Below are positions 15,346 to 28,494 of a DNA stretch of 64,000 bases, piece after piece (the stretch's first letter is position 1; the number at the start of each line of letters is the position of its first letter). The translations under genes were made by a program, and so were the position numbers. Under the pieces are notes generated by a model that was not told the DNA's origin, searched no databases, and saw only the letters and a program-made list of their open reading frames with translations. This DNA is from Eledone cirrhosa. Its lineage: Eukaryota. Location: contig OZ024743.1 in NCBI GenBank assembly GCA_964016885.1, forward strand, positions 5,394,001-5,458,000, written 5' to 3'.

Positions 15346-15920
15346 TAAACGGAATAGAAAATGCTGACAAATTGTTCACAGTTGAAAAATGGTTTAATTA
15401 GGAATAAAAGAGTATTAGTGATTGTATGGGTTAGTATTCAGTTGTGGTTTTAAGTTTTTAAGTTTTTACCGGTTGCGCATTTCTAAATGCTTTTCAAAAA
15501 TAATTTTGAGATAGAGTGTCCGTGCTGTTTGCTCTGATCTGATTAGTTTTGGGAATTCTACCTGTTTTTATGTTTAAAAAATGGCTCCAGCGTTATTTTT
15601 GTGTTGTAAAAATGCTTGTGGTCAAAACAATTTTGATTGGTCGGTAGAGGTCATGTGAATGTAAAAAGTTGATTTTGCGCCAAGACTGTTTTTATGTTAA
15701 AATGTTAGAAAAGTGGCTCCAGCAAAAATTATGGTCAAAACAATTTTGATTGGTCGGTAGAGGTCATGTGGATAAAAAATTGGTTTTGCGCCAAGATTGA
15801 GAAATGACTCTTTCACAACAAATGTGTGTGTGTGTGTGTGTGTGTGTGTAGTAGTAGTAGTAAGGTGTTCGATGCTGCGACAATAGCCACCAGCGATGTG
15901 TGTCAAATGGCTATTAAGAT

Positions 15921-15974
<54 letters not shown>

Positions 15975-16261
15975 ACATACACACAGCAGAGTCATTCGAA
16001 GGTCAAAAGATATTTTTCAGCTTTTGTCTTATACGGAGAAGTGCGTGTGTGTGTGTGTATAAGTCTCTTTGTATGTTGATGTACGCGTGTGTATGTGTTT
16101 GTGTATACATGTGTGTATGTGTGTGTGTGCGTGTGTGGGTGGACCAGTATTTTTTTCCCCCCTGGTAAAATGGTGTACATTATTCGATTTTTTCAGTAAA
16201 ATCGGTTCTCTTAATAGAACATCAACAATCTTAACAATAAAAGGTGTGAAATGATATTCAC

Positions 16262-16306
<45 letters not shown>

Positions 16307-16309
16307 TTT

Positions 16310-16346
<37 letters not shown>

Positions 16347-16904
16347 TACATACATATATATGCACATATATTTTTTTGTATTGCACCATAGAGCATGTGT
16401 GTTTACGTGTGTCATTGTGTTTATATGTGGGTAGAGATGTGTGCTGATGTAGGTATGTATGTTGACGTGTGTATGTTGTGGGTTCGTCTTAGGGAGAAGT
16501 GTTTAGACGGGGTCCGTATTTGTTAATGAAGTAAGATTCCTTGCTGATGCGCTGGGTGTGGGTGGCATTATCTTTAAATTTGTAGAGGGGAAAGATTCTG
16601 AAGTTGGGATGATTTTGGGCGGCGCAGGTATCAATGTGTTCACTCAGTGGTATTTTCCTGTATTCCCGTATTTTAATAAACAGGTAGAATTCCCAAAACT
16701 AATCAGATCAGAGCAAACAGCACGGACACTCTATCTCAAAATTATTTTTGAAAAGCATTTAGAAATGCGCAACCGGTAAAAACTTAAAAACTTAAAACCA
16801 CAACTGAATACTAACCCATACAATCACTAATACTCTTTTATTCCTAATTAAACCATTTTTCAACTGTGAACAATTTATCAGCATTTTCTATTCCGTTTAC
16901 CAAT
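15341..16904 (-). mobile_element. 5'-truncated Penelope-like element with 227-bp inverted terminal pLTR copy
   Basis: 15341-15567 is the reverse complement of 16678-16904. It encloses a GIY-YIG C-terminal fragment and a microsatellite-rich 3' region and abuts (TA)n. Confidence 0.85.
16489..16677 (-). pseudogene. Penelope-like ORF C-terminus (end of GIY-YIG endonuclease domain); not in the ORF track
   Basis: Open frame IKIREYRKIPLSEHIDTCAAQNHPNFRIFPLYKFKDNATHTQRISKESYFINKYGPRLNTSP* carries the H, R..KE..FI and P.LN pattern of PLE GIY-YIG domains. Confidence 0.8.
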
Positions 16905-16938
16905 ATATAATAACTTGTGTGTTACACCTCTATTCTTT

Positions 16939-17028
<90 letters not shown>

Positions 17029-17029
17029 C

Positions 17030-17124
<95 letters not shown>

Positions 17125-17224
17125 CATATATACATATACATTTCAATAGCTATTTCAATATTAAACTTGTTTACACTCTACTAATGTATTGAGTACCTTA
17201 CTCACTGTGGTTACCCACGATTGA

Positions 17225-17329
17225 ACCCGGGACTTATGCCCGAAACGTCGCACCCACACCCCCACTCTCACTAAGCGTGAACCTAATACCTTTTGTAACT
17301 TGTACTCTGTGTTGTTGTTTTTTTACTTT

Positions 17330-17332
<3 letters not shown>
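17225..17332 (+). mobile_element. Truncated copy of the HHR element at 46125-47160
   Basis: cttatgcccGAAACGTCg..cccactctc..agcgtgaa matches the reverse complement of 46178-46230. The CUGANGA half is lost. Confidence 0.65.
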
Positions 17333-17361
<29 letters not shown>

Positions 17362-17365
<4 letters not shown>

Positions 17366-17688
17366 GTGGTCTTGGATTTCCTACCTATAGTTGCTCGCAT
17401 ATTGCTCGGTTTGTTGTTGTTTTTCGCTGTTTTGTTACTGTTTTCTCCTTTCTTCCCCTTTGCTTTCCTTCCCTCCTTCTTCCGTTTTCCCAATAACTTA
17501 TCCAGTTATTGACGCCCTGGGGCGAGGTATATTGTCTTTAAAGCGTAGAAATATCCTAAACCCCCAGTAGACAACTGATGAGGAACCCCCCCCCCCCCCC
17601 CGTTCTTGCTTTCTTCGTATTCCCACTGCATTTTAAGTTACCTTAAATACCAACTACACAGCCATTTCTATTCTCCATATATTTCATT
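17362..17688 (+). mobile_element. Short pyrimidine-rich insert in (TA)n carrying a scrambled-order hammerhead
   Basis: Bounded by (TA)n. Shares architecture with 57004-57117. Confidence 0.65.
17517..17612 (+). ncRNA. Candidate hammerhead with non-circularly permuted strand order, copy 1
   Basis: ctgggg.cga.GGTA-TA-TTGTCT.tt.AAAGCG.ta-GAAA-TATC..ccccag.t.AGACAA-CTGATGA-ggaac(C)n gttct-TGCTTT. Confidence 0.6.
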
Positions 17689-18061
17689 ATATATATATAT
17701 AGAGGTGAAGCAGATAACTCTTGGCAGATCTCTTCAAAGAGCTTCAAAGCTTAATGTACTTGTAACATACTCTAGCCCAATATACCTTTAACTCACCATT
17801 TCACTTTCACGAACTACTTTTGCTATCACAATTCTGTCAATTGTTTACCCCAGCATCATAGTCATCTTTCCATTAGGATATCTTAATAACAACGACTTTT
17901 TCTTCGACCGAGCCCTTTTTCTCTCTTTGGTATTAATAACCGTTTATATTTCCCCTAATTTCTTCCCATCGCCTTTCATCCTCTTCCTGATCTGATGCAT
18001 ACAAGCGCACACAACACTCAAACTTTTACTACTTATCCGTCCCACTCACACACCCAACAAC

Positions 18062-18560
18062 CTTTGAAGGAGCCCCATTTCGGCTGCTTATATTTCAGTC
18101 GTTACTCAAGACTCATAGCCATAGGTAAGGGTTGGTACGAATACCGAATTGAAGATAAACGAGTTTGGCTTTTACACATACCTTCTTTTGATGACCGATT
18201 GCTGAAGCTGGTGCATTACTGCACCAGCTCATGCAATACCTACACATAATTCAGCCTCCTGTCTTTCACCACTTGTGAACACGGCCCCAATATACTTGAA
18301 CTTCTTTACATGCTTCAGTGGAACTCCACTCACATTTAGAGTGCACTGGAAAGGCGCCAATTTTCAAAAAGGGAAACAAGAGATTGCTCCAATTATCGAG
18401 GGATCTCCTTGTTAAGTCTACCCGGTAAATTCAATGCTAAATGCCTGGCAGAGATATAGGGATATTCTCGAGTCTAAGCTAGCTGACGAACAGTGTGGTC
18501 TTCACCCCTGACGCAGCACAGCTGACCAAATGGCGGGTCTTTGAGAAATCATGGGAGTAC
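18062..18560. pseudogene. RTE-clade LINE remnant with internal inversion
   Basis: 18062-18356 (-) encodes a degraded KKFKYIGAVFTSGERQEAEL region, homologous to 7500-7760. 18357-18560 (+) encodes IFKKGNK..CSNYRGISLLSLPGK..LESKLADEQCG..RSTADQ..FEKSWEY. Confidence 0.8.
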
Positions 18561-21500
18561 ACTTTTTTTGTCTTTTATATTTTCTTTTCTACTTTATCCT
18601 GAAAAAAGGGCGTATACCTTAAATATTGATAATTATTCTTTTTCGCGCGGCACATACAAATATACTTTCAGTACATTTATTGATATTCCTTTCCTTAAAT
18701 ATATGTATTTCATTATATATAAAATTAAGTATTTTTCAAATTAGCAACAGTACCAGGGCTTTTAATACCTAAATATACATCAATTCACTTTATTTTGGAT
18801 AAATTACTTTGGAAGGATTCTGGCAATATTTAGTTCATCAGGCAATTTGTTTTTCCTCAGAATTATTGCCTTCAAGCCACCCAGAAGAAAGTGCAAATTG
18901 AGCTTTATAAAAATGCGCATTTTTTTTTTTCAGAAAAGGTTTTGTGTTTGTTTTTGTTTTTTTGTGTTTTAATTTTTCAAAAATACACTTTACAAATGCA
19001 ATTTACATAATAGCTCTAAAAAAAAATAGTTTTCTAATGAGTAAACATTTTCTAATGTTTATGCATTGCTTCGGAGCATAAAATGTTCTTAATCTTTCTG
19101 TCAGGAGCAAAATAGAACGAAATTCAGAAAACTTCGTGCAGCCTATGACCTTCACCTTGAAATAGTGTAATATCATGCAAAATTCCAGTTGCCTAGTTAC
19201 AAAACAGTGGCCTACAGCTTGAAACATACATACATACATACATACATACATACATACATACACACACTTTTATAGATTAAGACATAGCGCTAGTTATTAT
19301 TCTAAACGTGATGATTGGTTTGCGGGAACGATAGTGCGTTGGAGTAAATGTTTTGGCCTTTATCCAGCTAATGTTGATAAAATAAGAATCAACTTTGCAA
19401 TGATGTCGATTCCATCGACAATCTCTCTCCCGTTAAAATTTGTGATTTTGCCAATGAATAAAATCATTATTACATTAGACGAAGAGGACCATTTGAAAAT
19501 GGTAGAACATCGGATTAAATGCTTTTGAGTATTTGAACTCCTTTAATGCCGATATTGTCGATTTTGCCATTTTATTATCATGTTTTCGAAAGATGACGTA
19601 AGCAGCGATATTCTAATTAAAGATATTTGGGGAAAAACACTACGCTAGTAAAATTTGCAGGGCTTCCTAAACTGGTGAGATGGAGATGGCTCTTGCCATT
19701 GTTGTTATTGTTGTTTTAGCATTTGATTGCTCTGTTTGAACTGACTTATGATCAACAGCGTTCCAGCTATGATAACCCATCATATTTTCCGATATAGTAT
19801 ATCTACGACTACATTGTCATACGTTTCGTTCCTTGTTTAAGGAGGTTGAGTGTGATCTGAAAATTTGGCTATTATTTCTGAAAAATTGAATAACTAATTA
19901 GAAGCCTCTCTCTGGTGAGGTCAATGTGGTTGGAGTTCTGCTTGAGCCTTCTTTACATCTAAACGGTAAATATGGACAATTACTGAGGCAAAGTGTTTAA
20001 TCTCTGTGTTTTGTGGATTAGACGAACCAAAATGACGGACATGTTGCAAGTAGGGAGGATATAATATTCACTTTCTCTAATCGAAAAACTAGCCGCGTAA
20101 GTTAGTGAGTAAAGCTTTTTATCCATCAACTCGATGATTATTTTGAATGCGGTCTAGAACATACGTGTAGTAACTGTACCGTTCTAGATATATAGGCAAT
20201 ATTCTGACGTGACGTGCAGTTGGATTTCGTTCAAGGTTCAAAACCTTTTATAGTTGAAATATTTTTGTGGCATAAGGTCACCACGGGAGGTTAGCAGAGA
20301 TTATGAAACCTAATATTTGTAATGTTATTTTTGTTGGGGTCTCTTCATGTTGTTTAAAAGTAAGGAGCTTGTAGTGTTGCAAGACTGATACTTTAATGTG
20401 TGTAGTGACTATTGACCCGTCTTTAATGTCATGTTTCCATTGAACGATATTTTCAAGTTCTCCATTTGTAGAAATAAACTTGTACGAGGTCTTTCTGTGG
20501 CTTGTGAATGATTCATTTGTACGAAAGATTAAGCAGAAATAAAAGATGATATCAGAGTTATCATCTGCGTGCGAACGCTGTTAGAAATAATAGTGAATAC
20601 ATTAATGTATTAAAGAGTATTAGAGATATAAACGAACACCGAGGTAGTCTGACTGAAAAATCTAAGGAGTTAAAGTGTTTGACGAGGATAGATGTTGGAT
20701 CAGTACGACACTATATGGTGGTGGTAGTAGGAATATCGTGAAGATAGGTCATCTTTGGGAGCATGAAGAGACTGAAGAATCTTTCATGCTCTGAGGGGGA
20801 GTTAGAGTTTTGAAGACATCTACTGGCGGATTACATTTGTAATTATACAGATGAAATGGGCAAAAAGCAAATTTGATTTTTCAACAAAATAGTTCACAGT
20901 AAAGTATTGACTACTCGATATTAATAAACACTTTCAGACCAAATGAACTTAAAGGAGCGATAAGAAAACCTCTCCAATATAATTTTGATCACTCTTGTGT
21001 AGAAAGATTGTTGTATATGTGTTTTGATTCTGTATAATTATATTTCCTGCTCCATTTTCTTTTAAATATTTTATTTGTTCACACCTTACAATATAATTTG
21101 ATATCTTATATATAACTATTTCATATATATTCTTTCCTTTTCGTTTATTTTGAACTTCTCTCCATTTATAAATATTTCAAATATTTTTCATACAGTTCTG
21201 TACAGTTTTGCCCTACCACACAGCTTATCATCAACACCTGAATCCTACGCAATAAATAGACTGATATTCAATTTCCATAAATATTGCATATTATCTAAGT
21301 GTTAACACAGATGTTAACACTTGTTATATTTGATTGTATACACTTAAATTTATTGTCACATTTATTATTTTGAAATATACAGAAGTAGATGTGATAACAG
21401 TGAAAAGTACAAAACTATACGTAAATATATATGAACCTTACGAACTAAAACAATTTCAACCCTTATGATACCAAATCATCTAAAACCGTCCTGGTTTTAT

Positions 21501-21940
21501 GATGCAAAACTCCTGTTTTTAAAGGTGTTCATACTTATATTAAAACCGTTTAGCCAAATTTTATGTAAAAACTTTCTGTTACGCAGTGCTGCGAACATTA
21601 GCGTAGTAACAAAAAAGTTAGTTGTTTTACTAGATTCCTCTAAATTCTTGATTATTTTCAACATTAACTAAAACATATAAGCAGTGTCTTTTATAAGAAA
21701 TATGGTAACGAAAGGGTTAAACATGATCTCAATTCATCATGACATTCTATTACGAATATATTATTTAGGGATTGAAAAAATAGGAACTAACAATCTGTCT
21801 ATAAACTGGAATCTGTGTAATATGTGCTCCTCGGAGACAGACAAAACATCAAGAGAGTGGAACCATTTCTGGATGGGGCAGAGAAAATTTGGTCAATTTA
21901 GTTGTTGTGATTAGTTTAGCTGTTATCAAATATCAACCAA

Positions 21941-22160
21941 GGGCGGTGGATTAGCAAAATCGGTAGAGCGATGGACAACATGCTTAGTGGCATAGAGTTA
22001 CGGCCCTTTGCGTTCTGAGTCCCAATCCAGCCGAGGTTAGCTTTGCCTTTCATCCTTACGGGGTCGATAAAATAAAGTACCAGTAATGCACTGGGTCGAT
22101 TTAATCGACTTTCCCTTTCCTCCAAAATCGTTGGTCTTGTGCCTAAATTTCAACCAAGAT
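21941..22160 (+). mobile_element. SINE family 1, full length
   Basis: tRNA-like head ggcggtggattagcaaaatcggtaga, B-box-like segment, conserved core and tail. Confidence 0.85.
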
Positions 22161-22349
22161 ATAAAAAAAACTTCGATACGCGATAAACATAACATGTACA
22201 TAAATTGTACAAATCGATGTGTGCTTTGATAGTTTGGGGAGAAAAATATAATTATTGATGGAACAATGCCCCCTCCCTTTAATAACAAATAAAGCGGACG
22301 TTTAAACGACGATGATGATGACATATGTAATATATATGGCAGTAGCGTT

Positions 22350-22550
22350 GTTGTTGTTTAGCCCCATGTCGACACCGATTGAGCAGACCTATGATTAAAG
22401 TCATTCAGACTATGATCATACAGTTTTTGTTTATCAGGCATAATGTACCGCAGACTACATTATCCAGTGTGTCTTATTTCAGTCGCTAAGTCGTGGTTTG
22501 AGGGATTTGGCTGCTATTTATAGCAGGTACAGAAATGACATAGAGGCTCC
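22350..22550 (+). mobile_element. Old dispersed repeat (related copies near 8160-8270 and 19720-19900, and in reverse at 1760-1860)
   Basis: Shared gactacattatcca.tgtgtc ... gatttggctgctattt.tagcagg motif. Boundaries are approximate. Confidence 0.55.
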
Positions 22551-22984
22551 ATCGATACGATTATATAGTGAGAGTATTATGCTTCGATGAAAATGAATCA
22601 TTTAACTAGCAAATGACACCCATAATCCTTCTTTTCATACGGTAAAAAAGGGGGAATTTCTGTTTTAACAGTAAATTGAAGTTAAAATGTCATTCCTGTC
22701 ATTCCTTGTTCCACAAATAATATTAGCTACATTCTATTTCTATATATTTTAATGAAAAATACCCACTAAATTACGGATAAACATTTATCATGAATTTTTA
22801 TTGCTATTTCAGACATTTATAAATATTACTCTAGGTGAGAGGTTCCCAAACTATTTGGGACAATGCCCCACTCACAGCCACGTAATACCCTCAGCGCCCC
22901 CACCCTTATTTCCTGAGAGACCTGCCTACACACAACTTGTAAATAATATATAATAAATAAAATCATTAATTTATATATAATAGA

Positions 22985-23158
22985 TAATTGTCTCTACTAT
23001 TGGCACAAGGCCAGCAATTACCCCAGTGCATTACTGGTGCTTTATTTTATCGACCCCGTAAGGATGAAAGGCAAAGTTAACCTCAGCGGGATTTGAACTC
23101 AGAATGGCAAGGGCCGTAACTCTATGCGTCAAAGCAAGGCGTCCGACCCTCTACCGAT
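22985..23158 (-). mobile_element. SINE family 1, nested in a hAT-like remnant that starts near 22836
   Basis: Reverse-strand core ttttatcgaccccgtaaggatgaaaggcaaagttaacctc; ggttcccaaact terminus-like motif at 22841. Confidence 0.8.
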
Positions 23159-23247
23159 ATATAATAGATAATATAATATATACTATGTATAAATAAATAT
23201 TATATATTTTTTTATTTTACTATATATATATATATATATAATATCGA

Positions 23248-23600
23248 TAAATGGAAAAAATAAAATTTCATTTCTCACTCTTAGTACGGCTGATATTTAA
23301 ATAAGTATGTATATTTACATACATATATGTATACAGACGTACAGTAGTATATATATATACATACATACATGCACACATATATATATATGTACGTATGGGT
23401 TTACCGAACATTTATTATAATGCTCGGTTTGTTTGTAAACAAACAGCCCGAATTAGTAGCCATACAGTGTTCGGCAACCATCGTTGCCCTTTTGTTCAAC
23501 ACTGACAAAGGAACGATGAACTAGTTTCTAGCTTATTAGCTGTCATCAGCACCGTATCAGTCGATTGACCTGTCAGTCGATTGAACGTTTGAAAGTATAT
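23248..23600. mobile_element. Unclassified dispersed repeat (copies at 47245-47305 and 48466-48727)
   Basis: aaatggaaaaaa..aaatttcatttct.actcttagtacggctg and tttaccgaacatttattataatgctcggtttgtttgtaaacaaaca blocks are shared. Confidence 0.7.
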
Positions 23601-24120
23601 ACTTTCCTTATTCATATTTAATATACTATTATATCATCTCTACGACCTCCTACTACTCCCTTAGGCTCTAGCGCCCTCCTGGACCTTCTTAATGCCCCTA
23701 AAGTCTATGAGGTATTGAAAATATAATGTGATGAGGAGGATGGACAGAGAGAAAGAGGAAAAGAAACTCGGATTTCAGTAAAAGTCTATAGAAAGTTTCT
23801 ATGTTCGTAACATTTCTATAGTTGGGATATTTCTTTTATATTATTGTTTCGTAATAAATATACAGAGGCAGAAAGGAAGTTATTTCTTATTCACGATAAT
23901 GCAGTAGGATACATTGTGTATAATTTCCACGTTGAACAGTTTAAATTATTAATAATTTCTATAGCTGCCATGAAAATAATGACCATATTGTTCAATTATA
24001 ACCTGGTTTGTTGCCAATTTTGGTAGGTACAGTAAATCTAAGGGACTGACACGCGCTCACGAACCCCTCCTCATATATATATATCAGAGAAAACATTGTT
24101 TTTTCATTATATATATATAT

Positions 24121-24189
<69 letters not shown>

Positions 24190-24191
<2 letters not shown>

Positions 24192-24398
24192 GGCTGAGAG
24201 GTTAGAGAATTTGATTCGCAATCGTGAGGTTGTGAGTTCGATTCCTGGACCAGGCGATGCGTTATGTCCTTGAGCAAGACACTTTATCTCACGTTGCTCC
24301 TTCTACCTGGAGTTGAGACCGATAGATAGTATTAGCAATTGGAAAGACCAACGGAAACATTGTTTCCTCGGTCCGATTTGACGAAAGTCGATCGTTCC
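24190..24398 (+). mobile_element. SINE family 2 (tRNA head plus tgtccttgagcaagacacttt core)
   Basis: B box gagttcgattcc. Reverse copies at 27990-28185 and 57990-58090 (tail only). Confidence 0.85.
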
Positions 24399-24405
24399 TT
24401 ATATA

Positions 24406-24468
<63 letters not shown>

Positions 24469-24811
24469 ATATTGATTCTTTCTCTTATCTGTCGACTGTA
24501 TGTTAATTTATTAATTCACCTATTTAACTGCGATATAAACAGAAATATTGTCTGTCTGGATATAAGGTATTAAAGAAAGCTCTCCTTTAATGATTAGATT
24601 ATTTTATCTACCAAATTACGTGACTCGTCTTTAAACTTATGGAGAGAAAGCTATTAATAAGAATTATTGATTTGGATTCTCATTAAAAGTGATAAATCTG
24701 AGAAAATGAAAATAGGAAAGGAAAGGGGACGAATGTCAGATCAGACCAAGTAAACAATGTTCTTAATGATCTTTCCATTGCAGATTCTATCCTTCTCTCT
24801 CTATATATATA

Positions 24812-24873
<62 letters not shown>

Positions 24874-25019
24874 AAATTGACGGGACTAGCATAAGGTTTC
24901 CCTGCTCATACCGGTTGGATCTCAGCGGACTCAATAGGTAAGGTTATGTAAAAATCCAAGAGTAGACACAAAGTTATTTGCCTCAATACAACACACGTAA
25001 ATGGGTACCATAAATTTAT

Positions 25020-25130
25020 ACCTGTACTTAAGTTTCAGCCACACTTAATGCAGCAAGAGAGCGTACAGCATCTACTGTCTGCATTTACTATGCAACAATG
25101 CACAATCGACGCAGGGCTTCATCAGCGTGC
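25020..25130 (-). ncRNA. HHR-like core with long stem II insertion, in an insert between (TA)n tracts (about 24870-25468)
   Basis: CTGATGA-agcc...ggct-GAAA-C-TTAA-G-TA. Stem I pairs poorly. Confidence 0.45.
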
Positions 25131-25466
25131 CTCGCTTAATCAATAACCAATCGATCGACAGAATTCGATTTCGGTCCATGCCGCTTATGGCAGTAAATGC
25201 GACAGGCGACACAGTAATACAGTAGTAACTGAAATCTCTACGTGTCATCAAAATACCGTCAACCGATTGGCCACTGGTTCAGAAATTTACGTGATGATAG
25301 GATTCGAGATTCTATTCATTGGCTCCTCCATAAGAATTCACCAACATTTCTCAAGTCAAACACAAATTAACAAGTGAGTGGAAGAATCGGTTATTAGAGA
25401 AAATCTGTCTCGAATCACTGTACAATAGAATGGTAGCAATCGGCTCTAGTCTCCAAGTACCATGGC

Positions 25467-25526
<60 letters not shown>

Positions 25527-25725
25527 CAACTAGAAATTGATTAACATATAAATAAACATATGAAACAATCACAGGGGATAATTTTTACAAGTGTGTAAGC
25601 ACACATAGCTAGGTAGGTAACTAAATAAAGTTAACTAGAACTTCAAAAATAGACACCTTATAATATGATTAATCTTCCCTGTATATATTCCATGACACCC
25701 ATAATTTTGATTTAGATTAAATTCA

Positions 25726-25787
<62 letters not shown>

Positions 25788-26059
25788 GCAGGTTGTGACA
25801 ATGATCCCCTGCTGTTTGCCTTGACATTAGCATACGCACGCGCACACACACGTGTATGTGTAAGTATATTATATATGCATGTGCGTGTTTGTCTCTCTCT
25901 ATAAATACACTATACGTATATATATATATATTAGAAAATAGAATAGCTTTCACCGTATTTTTGACTAAAGAAATTTTAGTCTGATAATGGGGTTTAGAAC
26001 CCTCAGATAAATGGAAAAAGATGAGTATTGACGTACATGTACGTCAATACTCATATACT

Positions 26060-26184
<125 letters not shown>

Positions 26185-26187
26185 CAT

Positions 26188-26370
26188 GTAAAAGGTAAAC
26201 AGAAATAACAACACAATCAGTACAGTATATGGAAAGGATATATTAGGTTAACGCTTGATATAGCAGGAAGAGGGTCTTAACGTTTCGGACGCTGGTCCTT
26301 CATCAGAAGAAAGAATGAGAAATAAGATAGATTGAGGGGACGGGCGGGGTGGTATTGGAAAAAATGCCTT
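26188..26370 (-). mobile_element. Short HHR element; its tail is repeated at 56510-56578
   Basis: HHR at 26275-26310 (-): tctt-CTGATGA-aggac-cagc-gtcc-GAAA-CG-TT-aaga. Confidence 0.75.
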
Positions 26371-26379
26371 TAGATAAAA

Positions 26380-26550
26380 ATAACTATTTCTACTTTAGGC
26401 ACAAGGCCAGCAATTACCCAGTACATTACTGGTACTTTATTTTATCGACCCCGTAAGGATGAAAGGCAAAGTTAACCTCGGCGGGATTTGAACTCAGACT
26501 GTAAAGGGACGTAACTATGCTAGAAAGCATGGCGTCCGACCCTCTACCGA
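26380..26550 (-). mobile_element. SINE family 1 (an older copy follows at 26770-26945)
   Basis: Conserved core and gggatttgaactc B box on the reverse strand. Confidence 0.85.
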
Positions 26551-27482
26551 TAACAGGTCCATTCATGTTGATGTATATCGTTATGTCGGAGCACCAATAC
26601 AAATTTTTAATTTAAGCCAGGCCAGCTCCGGCTCCGTATGCAAATGAGTTTCATCATCTCATAAAAATAGACTGATCAAGCTCACATTAGCCTCAGACGG
26701 GAAAATATGTAGTCTCAATAACCGCTAATAACCGTGAAACGCGTCGATTGATAGAGGGGACGTGAGAAAGAGGTATTAGCGGAAGAATTGACCCCAGTAC
26801 TGGTCTGGTACTTTTTTTATCGCCCTCGAAAGGATGAAAGGAAAAGTTGACTTCGGAGGGATTTGAACTCAGAGAGCAGAGAGCCGAAACGAATACCGCA
26901 AAACATTCCATCCGACGTTCTAACTACTCTGCCAATTTGCCGTCTGCCGAATAACTGAGAGAGGTTAATTCGGTTATTTTTCAAATTGTAGGTTATTAAT
27001 TTTAAAGAAAACATAAATAATTTTGAAACAGAAGCTTAGTTAAACTACTTAGTAATCTATCTATCTAGGGCGGGTAAAATTCCCGAGATAACTACTTAGT
27101 AAATATATAGAAAATAAGACAGAAAACTCTCAAAAACCTACATATTTGAATTTATATATGCTCGTGTGTCTATATGTGTGTGCGTGTGCATGTACACTAA
27201 ATTACATTGCATCTAAGTATAGATTTAACTTGCACTAATACCGTTTAACATTCACTGAATGGAGTTTTTGAGTGCATATTTTTCCAATGTAGCTTTGTTT
27301 ATCCATTTTGCGAGTGCATTTTTGGCTAGGGTTTAGAGTTAAGTCATTATCAGCTCATAATGTACATACATAAACAGTGACAATAGCTGAACAGATAAAA
27401 TGTTGAGTTAGTTATCAATTTACTGAAATGCGTTATATAACTACAACAAAACTACATATATATATATTTATATATATATATA

Positions 27483-27635
27483 CAAGAAAAATTCCGTTAT
27501 AACGAATACCATTATAACGAATTTCAGTATAACGAGATTTTTTTCAATCCCCGGTCGACCTTGTTATAAAGATGTTTTCGTTACAACGAATTTTTTTTTA
27601 TACTCCGTGAATTTCGTTATTACAGAATTTCACTG
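27483..27635. mobile_element. Tc1/pogo-type MITE remnant
   Basis: Imperfect TIRs (aaattccgttataacgaa / ttcgttattacagaatttcactg), internal ataacgaa repeats and TA flanks. Confidence 0.6.
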
Positions 27636-27699
27636 TATATATAAAGTACCAGTAATGCACTGGGTAATTGCTGGCATTGTGCCAAAAGTAGAAACAATT

Positions 27700-27734
<35 letters not shown>

Positions 27735-27735
<1 letters not shown>

Positions 27736-27925
27736 AATTGTTTCTACTTTTGGCACAAGGCCAGCAATTACTCAGTGCATTACTGGTACTTTATTTTATC
27801 GACCCCGTAAGGATGAAAGGCAAAGTTAACCTCGGCGGGATTTGAACTCAGAATGGCAAGGGCCATAACTCTATGCGTCAAAGCATGGCGTCCGACCCTC
27901 TACCGATACTGCCAATCTACCCACT
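27735..27925 (-). mobile_element. SINE family 1, tail-to-tail with a plus-strand tail fragment at 27643-27701
   Basis: Conserved core; the two tails face each other across (TA)n. Confidence 0.85.
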
Positions 27926-27989
27926 TTATATAATGACAGTCGAGCGACAAGATTCCAGACCTCATTCGCTTAACGAGTGTGGTGGAGTT

Positions 27990-28185
27990 TGTCAAATCGA
28001 TCCGAGGAAACAACGTTTCCTTTGGTCTTTCCAATTGCTAATACTATCTACCCGTCGCAAATCCAAGCAGAAGGTGCAACGTGAAATAAAGGGTCTTGCT
28101 CAAGGACAATGCATTGCTCGATCTGGGTATCACAACCTCACGATTGTGAATCCTAATCTCTAACCACTCAGCCACACTCCTTCAC
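27990..28185 (-). mobile_element. SINE family 2
   Basis: Reverse complement of 24190-24398. Confidence 0.8.
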
Positions 28186-28494
28186 ATATATATATATATA
28201 TATGGTATTGATTTCATCTTGCTTTGAATTATGTAGCCCCCTAAGCTGTTAGTTAGCTCGAGTGATTTCTTAAACCTTTTAAAAGTCTACCCAAAACGAG
28301 GGATATTTGAATAAATGATAAAGCTTAATTCGGTTATTGTTCAGATTGTAAATTATTATTTTTGTTGAAAACCTAAATAAATATGGTTCAATGATGTTCA
28401 ATTTGGAAAAATAATACTTTGTCAAACTACTTAGTACATGATACTGAACTGATATATATTAAAATGTCAAGAGTAGAAAGTAGCTATATTGAGT

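Noticed and set aside
21941-22030. tRNA genes
   Set aside because: The A/B-box sequences are SINE heads followed by SINE core, with no complete cloverleaf.
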